Shown here piece by piece: positions 17,373 to 26,187 of a stretch of DNA of 64,000 nt (the first letter of the stretch is position 1; every line of letters begins with the position of its first letter). The notes under the pieces were generated by a model. It was not told the origin of the DNA. It did not search any database and saw only the letters and a list, made by a program, of their open reading frames with translations. Location: IMG/VR virus record IMGVR_UViG_3300043672_000039, positions 9,187-73,186 of that record. One strand, written 5' to 3'. Both the position numbers and the translations under genes were made by a program. This stretch comes from a virus (Duplodnaviria > Caudoviricetes).

Positions 17373-20300
17373 ATGCCGGACCCCATCTCAATAGGGGAGT
17401 CGGTTCAACTGACTCCTGACCAAGTTGCACAGTTGCAACAACCGGCGGATGCTTTTCCTGTCGGCTCGCAAACCGTTCTAAATTCAGAACAGGCCACAGA
17501 AGCTCGCAAGCAATCCGGCCATTTCGATCCGTTCACTGATTTTACCGCAGAGCAACTTGCGGAGTTGCATCATCAATCCCCGGACTTCAAGCTTGTCGAG
17601 TCTTACGCGCCGCGCAGCGATTTGCAACAGGTGCCCGGGATGAATCAAAAGGTAGCTGACGCATATAGCATGCTCCGGCAGCGAGGAGACTTCGGGGCGC
17701 AACTCGATATCAAGAAAGTTCCCGGCCAGTTGTTCGACATCGCCAAAGGCTTTGGCAAGCAAGCTTGGAATTACGCGCAAGCGGTCGCGACCCCGGTCGG
17801 TGCCGCAATCGCGGATGTTGCCGGTGCTTCGCCGGAAACGGTTTCTCGAATGTTCGGTGAGGGTCAACGACAAGTCGCGGAGAACGTCGCCGGAACGGAA
17901 GCCGCGTTGCAAGGTCTGGGCAAAACTGTTGGCGCGGGCTCAGAGTGGATCAAGCGCCGTCTCAAACTTTCGAAACCTCTCGCGGAATTTACGCCAGAGG
18001 AGAAAGTTGCCGACTTGTTCGATGCGGTTCGGTCTCATAAACAGCTTCAAGAAATATCGCGCGGTCAGGGTCCGATACTTCAGACGGTTGGCTCTGAAGT
18101 TGTTAAGCAGCTTGAGGATGCCGGAACCCCTGTCCGTCCAGAGGAAGTTCAGAAGCTCGCTGCCGGTGATCCGTTCTCATGGTATTTGATGGGCAAAACT
18201 TTCTCCGGCGCGGGAGCCCTCGTTCCGGAAGCCGTCGCGTCACGCGCGGCTCAAGCCGCTCAAGCGGCGGGAAATTTCGCCGCGAAAGTTGGCGGTAAGA
18301 CCGTAGAAACTGCCGCAGACGTTACCCGACTCGGGCTTGATGCCGCCGCCGTGGTTGCGCCGACTGCCGCCGCTGTTACCGGCGCGGTGAAGGGTGGAAC
18401 CCACGGCCCTCTCGGCGTCGTCACTGGGGCAACCCTCGGTTACAAAGGCGGACAAGTTATTGCTAGCGGGCTCCGCAAAGGTGCGACTACGGCAGAGAAA
18501 GTCTCTCAAATCGGCGAGCAAATCTCCGGCGCTAAGCCTGTTATTTCACCCGTGGCTCAACTCGGTCGAGATGTGCTGCAATCTTCGCCTGCGGCAGTCG
18601 GGGAACTGGGAAAAGGCGTCGCGTTCGACCTTGGATTAGCCGCCGTTACCAGCGAAGAAACCCCGGAGGAACGCGCCGGGCTCGGAATCGGCACCGCCTT
18701 TGGTGCTCTCGGTGCCGGACGCCGCGTTGCCGGGCATGTGGTAAGCGGTCAGATCATCGCGCCGCGTGAATACGGCGTTAAACAAGTCACGCCGTCCTCT
18801 GGACAATTTCCGACTCTCGACGCCATGCACACCGCCGCGATTGCGGACGCCGCCCCGGGAGTTGCCGCGCGATTGAACGCAATTCGTTTGTTTACGAAAG
18901 GCGCGTCACCGAACACAGACGTTTTTCTGGCGAAGGATGCGCCCGCGATGGAATCAGCGTTGACGCAACTCGGCGTTTCGCCGGAGCAGGCTAAACAAAT
19001 CTCTGCGCAAGAAGGATTTTTTACCAAATCAATCCCCGGCAAGGACGGCTCGGAGCGCCGGGTGATTCTTGCGACCAATGTTGAGTCGGCCCCGCATGAA
19101 TCTTTTCATGCAATTCAAGATGTCCTCGGTGAATCAGCGAACCGAGAGATTGATAAAATGGTGCAGTCCGCTTATACACCACGCTGGGAAAATGAAGGAA
19201 ATACTTATGCTCGACGACTTGTTGGTTTGTCCGGTCTGCAAAATAAAACTTGGCGAGAAGCAATCCTCGACGCTTCCGGCTGGGGCCGTGCAGAGGCCGC
19301 AGATAAGCTTGCGCGAGATGCAGAAAATCAAATCAATACTGCTACCGGAGCCGTTGCCAAACCCTCTGACGTTTCCGCAATGGCTGAAGGAGAGTGGGGA
19401 CGCCTTCTCGCTGATGCTGCCAAGCGAAATCCCGGAGTCCCGGTTGATGAATTGCAAAATAATTTATGGCGCGACGTGCTCACTCCCCAAGAGGCTCACG
19501 ATGTCGGAGACCGATACCTCGCCCGTGAATTAGCGGCGGAGAATTTCGATGCGGTGTTTAAACACGGACTCGGCGGAGACTCTGGTTTGATTCCGAAACT
19601 CGCCCGAGTTGTCGCTAACGTCACGTCAGCCCTAGGCGGGGAGCCGCTCTCCGGTCGAACCAGTGAAATCGGAAATGTCCCTCTTAGTTATGATGTCGTC
19701 AACGCAGTTCGCGGGATACGCCCGGTTGTTGAGCCGAAGGGCAATGTTGCAAAACCAGTTATATCGACCGGGAAGTCTGCCCAAACCGTTCCGACCACTC
19801 CTGAAGCGCAGCAACAAGCCGCAGAGGAAGCCCGAGCCATCGCCGCAGAAGCCCCGGACGTAATTCCGCCTGCGCCGACCACACCAGTTCCGCCGAAACC
19901 GGGCCAGCCTGCTCCTACCCCGCTCCCTACCGTTGCGTCACCGCGAGAACTGCTCGGCAAAATCGCCGAAGCGATTGCAACCCGCTCGGGAGTGAAGATT
20001 AATTACTCCTCGGCTCCCGGAGAGCCCGCCGCTTCGATTACCAGCACTCGACCGATTCGCCGTTCCGTCATAGAAGCCTTTCGAACCATGCCGGAAGCTG
20101 CTCGCGCATTGTGGGAGAAGAATTTTTTCCCGGAGCGCGTCATCAAAACGAAATCCGGATATCAGGTGCTAGGCTGGGCTCCGGAAGTTTTCGCGGCGAA
20201 TGCGCACAAGCTCGCCGGAACTTTAATCGATGCCGGGGTTGCATCGCCCTACGAACTGAACCCGGCTGAACGTTCCTTTTCTTCGCAGGGTTGGCAGGAT

Positions 20301-23300
20301 TTGTATAATGATGTCGCGACCTTCGTAAACAATCAGATGGGCGGACGGACTGGCGCGGGCGGAGAATTGAACGTCCCGAAATCGATTACCGCGCAAGGTT
20401 ACACCGCTCCTGCTGTGACTGGTGCCCCGGAGCCGATTGATCAACGGAAAGCGGATTTCATCAACATGCTTTTCCATTTCAAACTTCCGGAGACCCCGCG
20501 CATTACCTCCGGCAAGCTGCCATTGAATATCGCCGGGCAGGAAGTCAGCACGGCAACTCAACCGGGACGGTTGGTGTCGCCCGTGACCCCGAGGGCTCCT
20601 TACAGTGGAGCATCCGCCGAGAAACTTGGTATTTCCGGACGAGAAATTTTGGAGACGAATCCTCTCCGAAATGAAATCGAGCAAGCCGCCGCGTCGAAGG
20701 GAATTGATATGCCTTCGATGATCGAAGCAATTCAGCGGCTCGACCTTGCGCATATCAAAGAAGTCTCTGGCGCACCAGAGTTGCCACAGTTTCGAGGGAA
20801 CACTCTCACCCTTACCGGTGGTTTTCAACCGGCATCAGAGGCAATCACCAAAATTCGAGACGAGTCGTTTTGGAATTCAATCAAAAATTACTCTGGGAAG
20901 TTTGGCGGCGGAATTACCGGATGGGCTTTCGAAGTTGGCGCGTCTGCTAAGACTCCGCAAGACGTTCAAGCGTTCCGAGATGCGAACCGGGAGTGGGGAG
21001 AACTCGGGCGCGAAGCCATGCGAAACAAGGATTACGATTCTGCCGCGCAGTTGCTTACTAAAGCACAGGCCGCGCGTGAAGCGTTCGAGGTTGCGACCGG
21101 CCAAAAAATCGACGGCTCTGGCGGCGCTTCTGGCGCGTCCGACATGATGCGGTCGAAAGACCCGAATTACATTCCGCCAGTTTTGGAAAAACCGGAGTTG
21201 CTCGGTCAGGCGCAGCCTAAAAATCCGGAGGTTGAAAAAGTGGCGGAGGAATACCTCAAAGGTAAGTCATTCAAGCCAATGGCTCCGCGCATTGTTCCTC
21301 TCAACGCCGAAATCGCCAAGGACATCGCTGATTATTACGACCAAGCCAAGTCGGAGCCCGCAAACCCGGCGGTGTTGAACTCTTACAACGCATTATCGGC
21401 GGAAACTATCGATCAATACAAGAAAATTATCGATGCCGGATATAAAATTGAGCCGTGGACGGACAAAGGCGAGCCTTACGCCAACAGCGCGGCAATGACG
21501 GCGGATGTAAGAAACAACAAACACCTGTTTTTCAAACCGACTGGGTCCGACATCAAGGGCGAAAACCTGATGCTGCGCCCCTCGGGCATCGAGAAATTCA
21601 ATATCAACGATATTTTCCGCGCAGTGCATGACTTTTTCGGTCACGCCAAGGAGGGGCACCAGTTCGGACCGCAGGGAGAGTTGAACGCGTGGAAAGAACA
21701 CTCCGCGATGTATTCGCCGGAAGCTCAAGGGGCTCTCGCGGCGGAGACTCTGGCGCAAAATAGCTGGGTGAACTTCGGAAAGCATCTACGCGATGAGGCT
21801 GGAAATGTCCCGCTCAAGGGAGCCGCAGGTTTTCAACCGTTGGCGGAGCGTCCGTTCGCTGATCAGAAAAACATTGTGATTCCGCCGAACCTCATCGATC
21901 TAGCGCGTGAGCAAGTTCCGATTGAAGACGCGCGGACGACGAGACGTTTCGTGCAAACGCTCGGCCAAGCGCAGCCCGCACGAGATGTGCATGAAGACTT
22001 TTCAGAACGTTACGACCGACAAGGATCGTCCCTCCTCGATGAGTTTAAAAAATCCCCCCACGGGGAGATTTCTTGGGACAAAATTCCTGCGGCCCGCCTT
22101 AAAAAAATTTGGTTGGATTATGGGAAGACCGGGGTAGTGAGAGACGAGAAAGGTTTAGAGAAGATCGCCGACAAGATGTTGGACAACATCGCCCGGTTTT
22201 CTGTGACCACTGATCTGAGTGGGCACACGCCGAATGACCCACAAATGGTGGCCGAGGGACTAGGGCATACGCTGCCATCTGGAGGGGGTGAAGAAGGAAA
22301 ACCTCCGGTGAATGAGGACTTCTACAACTGGCTCGGAGATAAGTTTTCTGATTTTGGGCTTCGTCCCTTGCAGATGGCATACGAAAAAATTTACTCCGCC
22401 AAATCGGCAGAAGAAAAACTTCAAGAAATCGATAGGGCTTTGAATATCGTCCATCAACGTTCTGACCTAGCGGGAGTGTTTGTGGAGGGAGGGTCGAAAA
22501 CTCTCGATGAGATCGCCTCTCAGGGGGGTTACGCTCCTCATTCCAAACCTACTAACAATGATTACATCGGATACAAAGGGCAGTTTCAACCGAAAAAAAA
22601 AGAGGAGGAATTCAAACTGCGCCCGGCCTCGTCCGGGTTCAGCAAAGCTTGGATTCTGCCGGACGGCACTCCGGTTCAGCTTGGCGGGCAATGGCATCAC
22701 GATTGGTTGAACGAAGCTACCGCCATCCGGAAGCAATACGGAATCAAAAAAGGCACCGCCGACGAGGATGACACCCGCTCGGAAGCGTTGCGCAAAGGAT
22801 TTTCTCGAATCAATTACGATGCTCGCACCGGTTCTCTGACGGTGGAAGTTCGGGAGAAAGACTTGGACAACTTGCGCGGGCCGCTCACCAAGTTTATCGA
22901 AACGAATCTGCCGCAGATCGACAAGATTCAAATGTATCTGTTCGACAACAAGGTGTCTCATGTTGCCGACTCCGGGTTCGCAAACCTTTTCGACAAACCG
23001 AAGGCCGAACGCATGGCGGCGATTCCGTTCCTATTCGCTCCCGGGGATATCACCGAGGTATCCCCCCAAGCTACTAAAGGAGCCTTGAGCGAGCAAGCTG
23101 CACCGGGGGCGATGCCGGTTCGTGGTCAGTCACAACCGAAGAAATCCGACGAACTTTATTACATAACACCGGAGAAAAATCTTCCGAATATATTGAAAGA
23201 GGGAATCAAACCGGCAAAGCCGAAAGACTTCGATGATGAACATGCCGTGTATTTATTCCCGGACAGGGCACACATGGATGATGGGGTAGCTAATTGGCTG

Positions 23301-24632
23301 GCAGATAGGTATCCGGAAGATACCCGGCTCGTTGCGATTAAAGTTGATCCGACTGGTTTAACATTTGAACCGGCGGTTGTTGATTGGGAAGTGAAGCACA
23401 AAACTACGATACCCGTTAAAAATATTCTCGGGCATGAATCGTTAGACGATTATCCGGCACCTTTTTTTCCGAATAAAAAGGCAATGAAATTTTCTGGTCA
23501 GTCTCAACCTCCCGCAGAGCAGAAAACGTTTGAAGAATTTTCTGGAAAAGAACCGCTAGGGACGATGGCTCTTTCGAACATGACAAAGGACGAAGTCTCA
23601 AACTATTATCCTGAAGCCGTCATCGCGCGAAAGAAATTCGACCCGATTCCTTCTGAGATTGCCGACTCTCCGCTCGCCAAACAGGCCGGAGACGAGACCA
23701 AGGCAATCAGCGCCTACGCTGACAAGCTCGTTGATTTCGCGAACGAATACAAAGATGACCCGAGCTTTGCAGAGGGTGCGGACTGGTATCGAAAGTTCGT
23801 GCCTCAGTTGAAAAAGCAATTTGGAAAAGATTCCTCCGTCATGGCGGAGCTTCTCGCGGCGACGAGTCCTCGGACAGATGTCGCGTCTAACTTTGCCTAC
23901 GCTCTTGACGCGCTCGAAGGCATGCGCTCCGGACGGTTCGCAAAACAGGTTGCGAAGTTCGAAGAAGGATTGCGCAAACTCGAAGGCGAGAACTGGCGTC
24001 CGTGGTATGACAAGGAACTGAAGGCCGGGAACATTCCCGCGCCGCCTGCGGAGCCGACTCCGGCAGCTTTTCTCGAACACTGGATCGCGACGTATGACCT
24101 GAAGCCCCGGCAAAGCAACGGCAAACTTTATGGAACGCACTCCAATCGAATTTTGCAGGTGCTCGCGCGACGTTGGGTCGATTTGAATACCGGTCCGAAG
24201 ACGCGGACCTTCGTCAGTAATTTACTCGGAACCGGTCACGATGCAACCATCGATGTCTGGGCAGACCGAACCATGCGCCGTCTCGGGTATCAGGATTTCT
24301 CCGACCGTTGGCGAATACTCCCGCAGAACGCCGCGCCGGTTTCCGACACCGATTTTCATTTTTCCCAGAAGGCTTTTGCCGCCGCCGCCAAACGCCTCGG
24401 GATGAAACCGGACGCGTTGCAAGGTGCCCTCTGGTTTGCAGAGAAAAAGCACTGGGCAAAAAACGGCTGGGCACGACTTGACTTAGGGAGCTTTTCGAAG
24501 GAGATTACAAAAGTGCCAATGTTGCGCCGTGGTATCGAGCAACGGTCCGCCGTTAGTAAGCTGGTCCCTAAAGGCCCTGCTGCGACGACCGGCGAACTCG
24601 GTTTCAGCATTGAGCCCCGAAAGTATAAATGA
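17373..24632 (+). CDS. Large polyvalent internal virion protein (zincin, metallopeptidase-like, ART-like and HhH-like modules)
   Basis: 2419 aa. HESFH at aa 575-579 with downstream ELAAENF, FRAVHDFFGH, ART-fold-like module, WY...LAATSP...GPK...NL.G...TIDVW, and six GQxQP-type linkers. Confidence 0.75.
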   Translation: MPDPISIGESVQLTPDQVAQLQQPADAFPVGSQTVLNSEQATEARKQSGHFDPFTDFTAEQLAELHHQSPDFKLVESYAPRSDLQQVPGMNQKVADAYSMLRQRGDFGAQLDIKKVPGQLFDIAKGFGKQAWNYAQAVATPVGAAIADVAGASPETVSRMFGEGQRQVAENVAGTEAALQGLGKTVGAGSEWIKRRLKLSKPLAEFTPEEKVADLFDAVRSHKQLQEISRGQGPILQTVGSEVVKQLEDAGTPVRPEEVQKLAAGDPFSWYLMGKTFSGAGALVPEAVASRAAQAAQAAGNFAAKVGGKTVETAADVTRLGLDAAAVVAPTAAAVTGAVKGGTHGPLGVVTGATLGYKGGQVIASGLRKGATTAEKVSQIGEQISGAKPVISPVAQLGRDVLQSSPAAVGELGKGVAFDLGLAAVTSEETPEERAGLGIGTAFGALGAGRRVAGHVVSGQIIAPREYGVKQVTPSSGQFPTLDAMHTAAIADAAPGVAARLNAIRLFTKGASPNTDVFLAKDAPAMESALTQLGVSPEQAKQISAQEGFFTKSIPGKDGSERRVILATNVESAPHESFHAIQDVLGESANREIDKMVQSAYTPRWENEGNTYARRLVGLSGLQNKTWREAILDASGWGRAEAADKLARDAENQINTATGAVAKPSDVSAMAEGEWGRLLADAAKRNPGVPVDELQNNLWRDVLTPQEAHDVGDRYLARELAAENFDAVFKHGLGGDSGLIPKLARVVANVTSALGGEPLSGRTSEIGNVPLSYDVVNAVRGIRPVVEPKGNVAKPVISTGKSAQTVPTTPEAQQQAAEEARAIAAEAPDVIPPAPTTPVPPKPGQPAPTPLPTVASPRELLGKIAEAIATRSGVKINYSSAPGEPAASITSTRPIRRSVIEAFRTMPEAARALWEKNFFPERVIKTKSGYQVLGWAPEVFAANAHKLAGTLIDAGVASPYELNPAERSFSSQGWQDLYNDVATFVNNQMGGRTGAGGELNVPKSITAQGYTAPAVTGAPEPIDQRKADFINMLFHFKLPETPRITSGKLPLNIAGQEVSTATQPGRLVSPVTPRAPYSGASAEKLGISGREILETNPLRNEIEQAAASKGIDMPSMIEAIQRLDLAHIKEVSGAPELPQFRGNTLTLTGGFQPASEAITKIRDESFWNSIKNYSGKFGGGITGWAFEVGASAKTPQDVQAFRDANREWGELGREAMRNKDYDSAAQLLTKAQAAREAFEVATGQKIDGSGGASGASDMMRSKDPNYIPPVLEKPELLGQAQPKNPEVEKVAEEYLKGKSFKPMAPRIVPLNAEIAKDIADYYDQAKSEPANPAVLNSYNALSAETIDQYKKIIDAGYKIEPWTDKGEPYANSAAMTADVRNNKHLFFKPTGSDIKGENLMLRPSGIEKFNINDIFRAVHDFFGHAKEGHQFGPQGELNAWKEHSAMYSPEAQGALAAETLAQNSWVNFGKHLRDEAGNVPLKGAAGFQPLAERPFADQKNIVIPPNLIDLAREQVPIEDARTTRRFVQTLGQAQPARDVHEDFSERYDRQGSSLLDEFKKSPHGEISWDKIPAARLKKIWLDYGKTGVVRDEKGLEKIADKMLDNIARFSVTTDLSGHTPNDPQMVAEGLGHTLPSGGGEEGKPPVNEDFYNWLGDKFSDFGLRPLQMAYEKIYSAKSAEEKLQEIDRALNIVHQRSDLAGVFVEGGSKTLDEIASQGGYAPHSKPTNNDYIGYKGQFQPKKKEEEFKLRPASSGFSKAWILPDGTPVQLGGQWHHDWLNEATAIRKQYGIKKGTADEDDTRSEALRKGFSRINYDARTGSLTVEVREKDLDNLRGPLTKFIETNLPQIDKIQMYLFDNKVSHVADSGFANLFDKPKAERMAAIPFLFAPGDITEVSPQATKGALSEQAAPGAMPVRGQSQPKKSDELYYITPEKNLPNILKEGIKPAKPKDFDDEHAVYLFPDRAHMDDGVANWLADRYPEDTRLVAIKVDPTGLTFEPAVVDWEVKHKTTIPVKNILGHESLDDYPAPFFPNKKAMKFSGQSQPPAEQKTFEEFSGKEPLGTMALSNMTKDEVSNYYPEAVIARKKFDPIPSEIADSPLAKQAGDETKAISAYADKLVDFANEYKDDPSFAEGADWYRKFVPQLKKQFGKDSSVMAELLAATSPRTDVASNFAYALDALEGMRSGRFAKQVAKFEEGLRKLEGENWRPWYDKELKAGNIPAPPAEPTPAAFLEHWIATYDLKPRQSNGKLYGTHSNRILQVLARRWVDLNTGPKTRTFVSNLLGTGHDATIDVWADRTMRRLGYQDFSDRWRILPQNAAPVSDTDFHFSQKAFAAAAKRLGMKPDALQGALWFAEKKHWAKNGWARLDLGSFSKEITKVPMLRRGIEQRSAVSKLVPKGPAATTGELGFSIEPRKYK

Positions 24633-24641
24633 AAGATAAAA

Positions 24642-24803
24642 ATGAAATACAAAATTCTGAATTGGTCGCCTCTGCTCCTGTTGCTGTCTCTGGTGCTCTT
24701 GGCGGGGATTTTTGGGATGAAGTCGAAGCGCGTTCGCAAATTCGAGAAAACGCGCAGCCCGAAGTTTCAGCAAGACCCGGGGTCGAAAAGGAGTGACTGT
24801 TGA
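24642..24803 (+). CDS. Small single-TM protein (53 aa)
   Basis: MKYKILNWSPLLLLLSLVLLAGIFG then basic tail. An alternative open frame 24629..24796 also exists. Confidence 0.35.
   Translation: MKYKILNWSPLLLLLSLVLLAGIFGMKSKRVRKFEKTRSPKFQQDPGSKRSDC
24793..24801 (+). promoter_or_regulatory. GTGACTGTT motif
   Basis: 5 nt before ATG 24807. Confidence 0.65.
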
Positions 24804-24806
24804 TAT

Positions 24807-25505
24807 ATGGCCTTAATTGAACCCAAATTACCCCCCGCTTCCGCCGCAATCGCGCCAGAAGCCCTTCAGACGGAACAACCCCCTGCATCACCCGCCGAGC
24901 CTGCTCCGGCTTCACCCAGTCAAGGTGGTGGACTTTCTGATGAGCTAATACAAGTCCCGGCCATGCAAGCCTTGCTTGCCGGAGCCCCTCCGGCCTTCTC
25001 TGCCAATATCAAGCAATTTGCCGCAAATCCGGTTAGCAAGCTCATCGTCGCGAACAAGGAGCCCCTGATGAAGGCCGGGATGGGATTTTACCAGTCTCTC
25101 AGCGGAGACCTCGGGGTAGTGTTCAACCAAATGTATGTGCATCCGGAGGACATTCAGGCCGCAGATAAGGCCGGGAAGCTGCTTCAGATCGCGCCGCCGT
25201 TTGACTCCGTCAATTCTTCCGTTGCGCAGTCTGGGAAGGAGAACCCTGCTCTGAAGGTCGGGTCAATGCCCGGCGGCATGGCGATGCCGTCAATTAAGGC
25301 TCCGCCTCAATCGACAGGGGCACCCATGGCGGCACAACCAGCCCCGCAGCGGTCATCCGGACCGGGTATGGCTCCCGCTTCGAATGCCATTCAAGCTCAA
25401 GTGATGGGACTGCGAGCGAAGAATCTGACGCCGGGCTCTCCGACGAGTGGTCCGGCTCCGGGTGCCGGACGGATTCTCAACCAAATCCTACGCCCTACGG
25501 TATAA
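24807..25505 (+). CDS. Hypothetical Pro/Ala-rich late protein
   Basis: Last ORF of the plus-strand block. Confidence 0.6.
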   Translation: MALIEPKLPPASAAIAPEALQTEQPPASPAEPAPASPSQGGGLSDELIQVPAMQALLAGAPPAFSANIKQFAANPVSKLIVANKEPLMKAGMGFYQSLSGDLGVVFNQMYVHPEDIQAADKAGKLLQIAPPFDSVNSSVAQSGKENPALKVGSMPGGMAMPSIKAPPQSTGAPMAAQPAPQRSSGPGMAPASNAIQAQVMGLRAKNLTPGSPTSGPAPGAGRILNQILRPTV

Positions 25506-25667
25506 GATAGGAATCAATTTTGGCCCCGGCGGAAGTCGATACGCAATCCTCACTACATAGCAAAATTGCATTGGTTTAGGTCTACGCCTTCGAAATAACG
25601 CCGTCGGGAGGATGGAGAACCCCGCCGCCATGACGCCGATTCGCCGGAAAAAATCTCGCCGTTTCAT
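25488..25667 (-). CDS. Small protein with twin-arginine-like N-terminus
   Basis: MKRRDFFRRIGVMAAGFSILP, start 1 nt after the Nudix stop. Confidence 0.5.
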   Translation of the reverse strand: MKRRDFFRRIGVMAAGFSILPTALFRRRRPKPMQFCYVVRIAYRLPPGPKLIPILYRRA

Positions 25668-25668
25668 T

Positions 25669-26187
25669 CTAAGTTTTTCGGACCTCACTGGGAAGTTCAA
25701 TCTCGTGAGTCGCGTTAGCCCATTCCGGATTGAGAACCCAACAGACTTTTGGACCTTCACCGGGAAGATAGGTGGACACTTCGGCAACGGAATTTTCTGG
25801 GTCGAGCGCGAGAGGTATCAGCCAGTTTAAATTCGGAATGATTTCTTCCCGAGCATCGTAGAGCCATGTAAGGCGAACCTTCATTACCGGCTCATCCGTC
25901 ATGGATCGCAGCAAAGACTGCCCAAAAGATTTGTAGCACCAGACAACCCAGTCTCCGCCGTCCATCTTGCAAAAGTATTTCCATTTCTCCGCCGGGATAT
26001 CTGCGCCGGTTTCCTCTTTGAATTCTCGAACCATGGCATCGAGAGGAGTTTCACCCGGCTCGATGTGCCCGCCAATGCCGTTGAGTTTCCCCGCCTGCCA
26101 GCCGGGACGTTTCTTCTCGATGAGGGCCACTGTTTGTGGCTCAGAGCCTTCACTGAAAAGGAAGCCAACAACGTATTCAGTTTTCAT
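25669..26187 (-). CDS. Nudix hydrolase (MutT-like)
   Basis: Nudix box GGHIEPGETPLDAMVREFKEETG. Confidence 0.9.
   Translation of the reverse strand: MKTEYVVGFLFSEGSEPQTVALIEKKRPGWQAGKLNGIGGHIEPGETPLDAMVREFKEETGADIPAEKWKYFCKMDGGDWVVWCYKSFGQSLLRSMTDEPVMKVRLTWLYDAREEIIPNLNWLIPLALDPENSVAEVSTYLPGEGPKVCWVLNPEWANATHEIELPSEVRKT

Noticed and set aside
22593-22601. A9 run just after a GQFQP linker as a slippage site
   Set aside because: It simply encodes KKK, and no extended alternative frame or stimulatory structure is evident
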